Source: Paramoeba atlantica
Taxonomy: Eukaryota > Protista > Discosea
Reading direction: 5' to 3'
NCBI GenBank assembly: GCA_977017575.1
Contig: CDRNVI010000168.1
Coordinates: forward strand, 62,001 to 126,000
DNA: 64,000 nt
The notes under the pieces were generated by a model. It was given only the letters and a program-made list of their open reading frames with translations, was not told the origin of the DNA and made no database searches. The position numbers and the translations under genes are program-made. Below are positions 56,807 to 64,000 of this stretch, piece by piece. The number at the start of each line of letters is the position of its first letter. Position 1 is the first letter of the stretch.

Positions 56807-58114
56807 ATGGCCTTGTTTGACGCATTGAAAAAACAGGCACAAGAGAGAGAGATCAGTTCTGGAAATCCTCCTGGGCTGTCTGATGAGTTGAGAAAACAGA
56901 GAGAGACAGAAGAGAAGTATGCACAACTTCAAGAGCTCGAACTCCGCTTACTGGATGAGCTGGTTGAAATAAATCTCAGTGAAGAGGAGTTCCAAGAAGA
57001 TGCTATTGCCAATTTGGAGCGACGTCTTTCGAAGGTGCAATCTACATTGAAGTTTTTGAAACAGAGATTGGATCGTGAAGAGAGCTCTTCCTCGAGAGGA
57101 GCTGGCTCAGGTGTTGGAGGAAATTTTAGGGTTGCTGGAAAACCATTGCCAAAGTTGGAAGAGAAAGAGGATGATCCTCATCCTCTTTTCACTAGGTTGA
57201 AAAAACAAGCTGACCAAGGGATAGGTTCTAGTATCCCCCCGGCAAATCCGAGCGCTGATTCGAAACCAACCATCGTGAACACAGACCAGGTGTGGGAGAT
57301 TGGACTGTTTGATTTTCATATTGCGGCTCCTGGTGTCGAACTCCTCCAAACACCGAAGAATTGGAGTGGTGGAGAATTGGAAGTGAAGGAAATTATCCAA
57401 AAAGTGAAGGAGAACCATAGAGGGCCAGTGAGAAATCTCGAGTCAAATCAGTTTGAATCATATTCTTCATCAAGGGATGAGGATGATGATGAGGATGAGG
57501 AGTCCTCAAGATTATTGTTGTCGAAAGAAGAGTGTCAAATTTTGAAGGATTTCTTAGATCGAAAATTCTTTGAATGGGAGAGTGAAGAACAATGCGACGA
57601 AGGGTCAGCAAGGAAGGGGGATTTTCAAGTCACAATTAAGGAAGAAGAACTTTTGACTCTGATTGGAGAACAAACAACACGTAAACTGATCACCTTTTTC
57701 AAGGGTCCTTTCACAGAGATCAGATTGAGAAGGGTTAATTCTCATGGAAAATGCATTAACTTCCATTTGGATGTCTCTCTTCGGACAATGCAGGTTCCTC
57801 TCAACAGTGATCAGGTGATTTTTTTCATTTATTTTGTTGATTGTGATCTCTCCCAAATATCTCGATATGTGTATGTGTTGATTTTCTTTTTTGACTCTTT
57901 TTTGACTCTTCTTTTTCCCCCAAAATCCCAGGAATATGATGGAGGGCGTCTCGTTTACTTAATTGAAGATCATCAAGCTGAAAGAACTGGAAAAGTTGAG
58001 ATTCCTTCTCGGCCTGCAGGATCATGGACAATTCATGACAACACGATTGTCCATGGAGTGACCACTCTGGCATCAGGGATTCGATATGCCCTCTTTTTTC
58101 GTCAATGTCCATAA
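56807..58114 (+). CDS. Paralogous 2OG-Fe(II) dioxygenase with a coiled-coil N-terminus instead of UBL (intron 57815-57931)
   Basis: The C-terminal about 250 aa and the intron are near-identical to the previous gene. The N-terminus MALFDALKKQAQ... is helical and non-homologous. Confidence 0.88.
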   Translation: MALFDALKKQAQEREISSGNPPGLSDELRKQRETEEKYAQLQELELRLLDELVEINLSEEEFQEDAIANLERRLSKVQSTLKFLKQRLDREESSSSRGAGSGVGGNFRVAGKPLPKLEEKEDDPHPLFTRLKKQADQGIGSSIPPANPSADSKPTIVNTDQVWEIGLFDFHIAAPGVELLQTPKNWSGGELEVKEIIQKVKENHRGPVRNLESNQFESYSSSRDEDDDEDEESSRLLLSKEECQILKDFLDRKFFEWESEEQCDEGSARKGDFQVTIKEEELLTLIGEQTTRKLITFFKGPFTEIRLRRVNSHGKCINFHLDVSLRTMQVPLNSDQVIFFIYFVDCDLSQISRYVYVLIFFFDSFLTLLFPPKSQEYDGGRLVYLIEDHQAERTGKVEIPSRPAGSWTIHDNTIVHGVTTLASGIRYALFFRQCP

Positions 58115-58296
58115 CTCTTTCCAATGTTTTCGAACACATTATCTTCCCAATAAAATGACTTTTTCAAAAACAAAATTTAAGTCTTTCTCTTGAAGCCATT
58201 GTCTCCTATCTTTTCTTCCTTCATCTCAAACCACCACTCTCACCTTCTCTCTATCACCCAAAAACCACACAAAAAAAGAGAGGGAAGGGGACATAC

Positions 58297-58643
58297 ATGG
58301 TGTCCCTCCTTTGTTTTTCTTTTTTTCGTTTTTGCTGTGTTGTTGTTTTGAGATTGACTGGTTTGGGAATATCTGGTACTGTTGTGTGTCTGCAAGTCTG
58401 GATTGGACAATCTTTGGGTATACGTTAACTGGTGCAACGTGGACACTTTCTGTTTCTCCAAATGATACTATTCGCGATGTCCGACTACAATTGATTGACA
58501 AAGGTGCCTCAAATCCGAGAATCATCTTCGCTGGAAAAGAGCTGTTGGATGATGCCACACTTTCTGATTGTGGGGTTCAACGTGAATCAACTCTCCATGT
58601 TGTCGAAACTTCACCACCACCAAAGCCTGCAAAAAAAGACTAA
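58297..58643 (+). CDS. Stand-alone ubiquitin-like protein ending PPPKPAKKD* (start/first intron tentative)
   Basis: TLTGATWTLSVSPNDTIRDVR, RIIFAGKELLDDATLSDCGVQRESTLHVV is a UBL signature. No GG terminus. Confidence 0.75.
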
Positions 58644-59519
58644 TATATGGACTGAAGGACCAACACAAATAAAAACTGACGAATACAGAGCCTCTTCTTT
58701 CTTTTAACAACACGATTGTCCGGGGATTGATCAATAGAGTTGCAACACCGAGCACCCAATAACCTTTTGTGTAAGTTTATGGGCCTTGGTTTGGCAGGTG
58801 ATATTTAACTTGACAAATCCTCTCCAAAGTGGGAGTGAGGATTTTCTCAGGAGAAGGATGAGTACCATTTTGAAATTCCACAACACCAGATTGCTCTTTG
58901 CAGTTAATTTTCTCAAAGTCGCTTTTTGAATCCAAAAATGGAAAACCAAAGGGACATTGTCAGGAGGACACCTTTTTCTTTTTTCGTTCTTTGTCATTGC
59001 ATGAAGGCGGAGTTGCTGTTTCTCCTCTTTGTCACCTTTTTTGTCATAACACAACAAAATAACCATGTTTCTGATGACCCAGAATATCTCCGAAAAATTC
59101 CACACCCCCCAAAAGTTCGACTCAATTGCTTCTTCGAATGCACCAGCCGAGGTTCGTAAAAAAATCCTCTCTTTTCTATTTTTTCTTCAACTTATTTTTT
59201 CATTTCTTTTTTTTTTTTTTGCTTTTTGTCTCCTTACCAAAAAAAAATCAAAATAATAAATAGGTCTTTGGTGGAGAGTTAAAAGACCCACGCCGCAATG
59301 AGACAAATAGTTGTGCAACTGAGTACTCACAAGCCACCCACGATCTCATCCAAGAGGCGGACAAAGAACTGTTTCGTCTCTTTCAAATCCCATCATGTTG
59401 TGCTGATCCTTCCAATTCCTTTTCCTTTCCTTTTGGAGAACCTCTGGGCAACAACGATATTCGAAGAGACAAAATGATGCCCAAACACAAAAAATCCAAA
59501 AACACCTTCGCTGAACGAC

Positions 59520-59703
59520 GTTGACATTTAACTTTTTTCAAGAAATTTAGAGAAATTGTGCTCATCTTCGGTGGAAAAGACACAACTGGATGATGATGAC
59601 ACACTTTCTGATTGTGGGGGGGGTTCAACGTGAATCGACTCTCCATGTTCTCGAAACTTCACCACCAAAAGCCCTGCAAAAAAATACGAATATCTACAAA
59701 TAA
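59520..59703 (+). pseudogene. Decayed copy of the stand-alone UBL gene
   Basis: DNA matches about 58520-58680 (acactttctgattgtgggg...caacgtgaatc.actctccatgtt.tcgaaacttcaccacca). It has a frameshift near gga aaa gac and an altered tail. Confidence 0.75.
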
Positions 59704-59816
59704 TTTGATAAAGGACCAACAAACTCTCCAAAAGAACTCTACAAAAGCCTCTTTGAGAATCTTTTTAATTTTTTTTTGGGGGTAAAAATCAGTTTCAAAC
59801 AAAAAGTAGTGGTGTT

Positions 59817-61340
59817 TTAAAAAACTGCTTCATCACTCTGTATCCAATCACTTTTCACAGGGTTCGCTACAGAAGAAAGAGGAGGATAAATTTTTCGAAG
59901 TTGCATTACATACTCACCCACAAAATAACCTTGCCTTTTCCAAGCGAACATCTCAGAGTAAGTATAAGGACCAAAGATTTCGGCAGTCTCATCCCCGAAA
60001 GCTCGATATTCCCAAGTAACTCCAACTTTGGACTCTATTTGTTCGAGTGTATCATCGTATATTTTTACATCACCCAAAGCAAGAGCTTCAGAGGAGTACG
60101 AAGTCAGCTCTTCAACAATTTTCCCTTTCTTTTGTCTCTCAAGTTTTTCTTTTTCTTCTGCTTCTTTTTCTTCTTGAGTTTGATCTTTTCTTTGTTTGCG
60201 ATTTGTTCTCATTTTTGAAGGAGGGGCAAAACGGCGAAGCGCTTGTTTCACAGTTTCACCACTGTTCAGGTATGGGATAATTTTCCTTCTAAATAGATTA
60301 ATCTCCACTTTGTTATCTTTTTGACCTTCTTTGACATCTTCTTCCATATCGTTTTCGCCACTTTCACTTGTATCTTCCTCTTCTTTTCCTTTCTTAGAAG
60401 TTGGATTGGGAAAGTAAGCATCACCCTGGGCGTCCACCCCTAAAAATGTGGATTAGAATTATAAATAAAAAAACGAAAAGATCTCTCTCTCTCTCTTTGT
60501 CTCCACACACACAAATGCAGTTGAAGAAAAGGACAAAAAAGAAAGGACAAACCTTCCATCACCCCATCAAACCATGGGTCATCTAACTCTTTTTGTTCTG
60601 CGGCATCACCAAACCTATTTTAGATTCAAAAAAATGAGAGAAGATCTCTTGGAAAGAAAGGGAGGAGTCGATTGTTTTTGAAACTCACTCTTTCTCTTTT
60701 GAAAAGTAGTTTGTTCTTTCTGATGAGGTTCTTAAAAACTGGGTCATTTTCTTTCTGACTTTTTGATCAAGGCAAAATTACCTGCGACGTTCGACGTAGT
60801 GTCCACCTTCATCAAATTTACCATAGTCAAGTTCTCGTTTCATATTAAATGGCTCAAGTCTGACCTCATCAGGTTTTTCCAGAAATCTTTTGAAATTGAG
60901 TTAACAAAACTTTGAGAAATTCTTGTTTCTGATAGAAAAGAGAAAAAATAGAAGAAACGAGGAGAAGAGAAAACAAACCTTGTTTTTGGGATTGTGTTGG
61001 TTTTCGTTTCTGATTCATCAATTTGGGTGTCATCAAGATCGTTTTTTTCTTCATAGAGAGGCTGTAAAAAGTCTGGAACAGGTTTTTTCTCCAATTTTCT
61101 TTTTTCTTCTTCTTCTTTTTCACTTTCTCGTCGATTCCCTCTGTCAATTTGCTCTTGCAATCCATCAACTTCGAGCGAATTGATGCTCCAAGAAGAAGAA
61201 GATGATGATGAAGACGAAGAGGAATTGGACGATGGAAGAGTATCTTCTGAAAATCGAACCCTCTTTTTTGGTTGTACTCTTGTTTCGTCAACTTCATCCT
61301 CCTGCTCTTCTTCCTCCCTTTTCCTCCCTCGTCTCTTCAT
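59817..61340 (-). CDS. CD2BP2: CD2BP2 / Snu40 / U5-52K (GYF domain), multi-exon
   Basis: KKRVRF, EPFNMKRELDYGKFDEGGHYV, DDPWFD, GETVKQALRR and GYF domain WEYR...GPYTYSEMFAWKRQGYF. Confidence 0.88.
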
Positions 61341-61983
61341 TCTTGAGTTGGTAAAAATTCCCAAGTTCGTAAAAAAAAAAAATGAAAACGAAAAAAAGAG
61401 TGGTGTCCTTTTCAACCGGAGTGACACCATTAAAAAGTTCCAGACTTTTTGTGATGGTTTGAGCTATTTTGTTGTCTTCTTCACTTTGGATTGAAGGTCA
61501 AAAACTTTATTTTTTCTGTTTTCGAATATTATTGTTTCAGAACTGTTTTTGAAAAACTTTTGGGGTTCCCAGAGAGATTTTTTTCCTTTAATGTGGAAAA
61601 AATTTCCTTTTTAATGAAGCAGTAAGATGAAACACGATTTGAAAACCAGAAAGACCAATGACCAGGATGAGATCAATTTCTTTCTCGTTTTTGAATGCTC
61701 CGTCCCTGAATTTTCTCATCCAACCGGAGAAAAAACAACAAAATTGCTCAATTTGGGGGTTCATTTTTGTATCCCTAACTGAAGAAATTGAGATGTAAAT
61801 GATCCGATTTTCTGAGCATTTAAAAAATCAAATGTAGCACTTAAATTACGGCTCTATTTTTTTCTTTTGGTTGTTTTTTTTTTTTTTGTTGTTTTTTTTT
61901 TTGGTGGTTTTGGTGGCTTGGGCGAAGGAGGATACAAACTCTTTCTTCTTCTTCTTTTGTTTTTTTCCCCTCGCAAAAAGGAA

Positions 61984-64000
61984 ATGGCTTTTCCGGGGAT
62001 CAAACAAGTCCAGGGCTTTCCTGGGACACGGCAGCATGCTGTTGTTGATGCAACGGCAGGTTTTTTTTTTTCAACCAAGAAGATTGGAAAAAACAGAGAG
62101 AAAGGAAAGAGATGAAGAGAATGTGGGAGAAAAAAAAAAAACTCTAAAATGTGAAATGAAAAAACAGATAATTCTCCACACCCTTTTCCTGGAATCAGAC
62201 AACATGCAGTTGTTGACAACACAAAAAGAAGTTCAAATTTCTTTTCTTTTCTCTCCTCTCGTTTCCACCACCCTCCTTTTTCTTGATCCATTCCCTTCCT
62301 TTTTTCTCCTCTCCCATCTCTCTTTCTCTTCAACGTTTTCTCTTCAACGTTTTCTCTTCTCTTCCTTGAAAGAAATTCCCTCTCTTCTTCTTCTCTTTCT
62401 TTCAATTGTTAAAAGATGAAAAAGCAGGTAGTGGCAGATCTATCACATTGGATAAAATCAAAAGTGGGCCAACAAGTCCTTCTGACGCAGCCTCTGGGCC
62501 ATCTTCTCCAAGAGATATTGTTTTGGAGGCTGATTTTCGAGCTCAACAACTTGATATTGTTCCTGGTGGTGTGTTCGCTTTGAAGGTTTTTCTCTTTTTC
62601 TCTTTGATGATTCTCTTTTGTTTTTCTCTTTGGCAATGTCTCCATTATGAGAAATATTTTGGTGACAATATTTCTTTTTATTCGATCTTTTCTCCCTTTT
62701 CCTTTCTTTTTCCCCCATTTAAATAACCAATCTTCTCTCATGATGATTAGGATTTGAGACGACTCCATTTGGATGACAATAGCATCAAAGAAATACCAGA
62801 AGCAATTGCCCACCTTACTTCTCTCAGACAACTCACATTGAAGGGAAATGGGCTCACTTCTCTCCCATTTACGATTGGAAAGAACCAAAATTTAATTTTA
62901 TTGGATTGTCGAATGAATGAATTGAACTCGCTCCCCTCTTCTTTGGAAAATCTGACCTGTTTGAGACATCTTCTTCTTCGTTCTAATTGTCTTGAGACAA
63001 TTGAGTTGGATGTTCAAGATAAAGTCGAACAAGAGAAGGAAGAAAAGGAGGAGGCGAAAGAAGAGCAAGGAGAGGAAGAGAAAGGGAAGGAAGAGAAAAA
63101 AAGGAAAGGGTCAAAAGCATCAAAAAGAGAAAAAGGAAAAGAAGAAGAAGAAGAGAAAGAAGAAGAGAAAGAAGAAGAGAAAAAAGAAGAGAAAGAAGAA
63201 GAGAAAGAAAACGAAACGGGTAAAAAGTGTATTTTTCCTCTTTCTGTGGAATATGTTGATTTACAAGACAATCGAATGACTTTTCTTCCTCCTGATATTG
63301 GCTTGTATCGAAATATTACTCTTTTGAGGTTGGCGAGTAATGCCATTATGAGTTTGCCAGACGGTTCTTTTTTTGTTGTCGTTTTATTTATTCTTTATTT
63401 CTTTTTGAAAATGTTTTGAAACGTTTTTTTGTTTGTGCTTATTTTTTTTTGGTTACTTTTGTTGTTCCGATTGAGTTCTAACATCTTTCTTTTTCTTTTT
63501 TAGAATTTGGAGATTTGGAATCACTTCAAGAACTCGATTTATCAAACAATTTATTGTGTTTTCTTCCTGAGTCTTTTCAAAATTTGAAAAAACTTCGAGG
63601 TTTGATTTTTTTTTAATTCAGTCTTTTTAATTTTTTTATATTAATTTTCTCTCCTCTCCCTCTCTTTCTCTCTCTCTCTCTCTCCTTTCCAACCCACAGA
63701 CTTAAATATCTCAAACAACAATCTTTCAATTTTCCCTGAACCGATCTTCCCTCTCTCTCTTTTAACAACTCTCGATATCTCTCACAACTCCATCAAGTCT
63801 ATTTCTCCAGGAATTCGAAATTTAACTCATTTGAAATCTCTTTTGATTTCAAACAATCATTTGGAGACTTTGCCTGATGAATTTTGTTCTCTTCTTTTAT
63901 TATCGAGGTTTTCTTCCTTCTTTTCTCTTCTTTTGACAACTTCTTCTTTCTTATTCAAAAACATTTTTTCAGGTTTGATATGTCTGAAAATAAAATCCAA
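61984..64000 (+). CDS. Leucine-rich-repeat protein (3' end outside window) with N-terminal FPG repeats
   Basis: LRR consensus units LRRLHLDDNSIKEIPEAI, LRQLTLKGNGLTSLP, LQELDLSNNLL and LDISHNSIKSI. A KE-rich insert lies within the LRRs. Confidence 0.85.

Noticed and set aside
58740-58930. Protein-like reading frame interrupted by TAA/TGA, suggesting stop-codon reassignment
   Set aside because: TAA, TAG and TGA all terminate well-conserved genes in this window, so the code is standard. At most this is a decayed fragment.
59065-59523. Possible small two-exon gene (MFLMTQN...AE|VFGGELKD...ERR*)
   Set aside because: It is spliceable but has no recognisable homology and lies in a decaying duplicated region, so support is insufficient.
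1-64000. CRISPR arrays, rRNA, transposase/RT/integrase genes, terminal inverted repeats
   Set aside because: None seen. The repeats are microsatellites or gene-sized tandem duplications.

Overview
Gene-dense (about 40 genes in 64 kb), AT-rich eukaryotic DNA with short low-complexity introns and the standard genetic code. The style suggests a free-living protist, possibly amoebozoan; this is an inference and cannot be proven from the window. Most short ORFs in the supplied track are artefacts of CT/GA-rich introns, so I rebuilt the genes by manual splicing. Housekeeping genes: Arp5, TRAPPC6, CSN7, CCDC93, NAD kinase, bystin, CD2BP2, TMX-like thioredoxin, prolyl 4-hydroxylase, sedolisin/TPP1, 3beta-HSD, and tRNA-Asn inside an Arp5 intron. 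These alternate with fast-evolving tandem arrays: 2 Rab-like, 3 Rho-like, 2 surface/secreted proteins, 3 divergent histone H4, and 2 2OG-Fe(II) oxygenases plus ubiquitin-like genes. The strongest unexplained signal is a C-terminal motif, N-[VL]-K-[GRP]-A-[KRGS]. It is shared by all six small-GTPase-like genes, which lack CAAX; the five whose starts are visible begin with Met-Gly. It also ends an unrelated beta-rich protein, where it sits on its own terminal exon, and appears in partial form on a UBL protein. Other highlights: an eEF2 paralog with a destroyed GTPase site but an intact diphthamide loop; Rho paralogs with natural G12R/Q61D/A substitutions; H4 variants lacking K20 with altered H2B-contact residues; a UBL-dioxygenase with a swapped N-terminal module; and a membrane-anchored, intron-rich family II (PpaC-type) pyrophosphatase. 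All family names come from motif recognition by eye; no database search was run.
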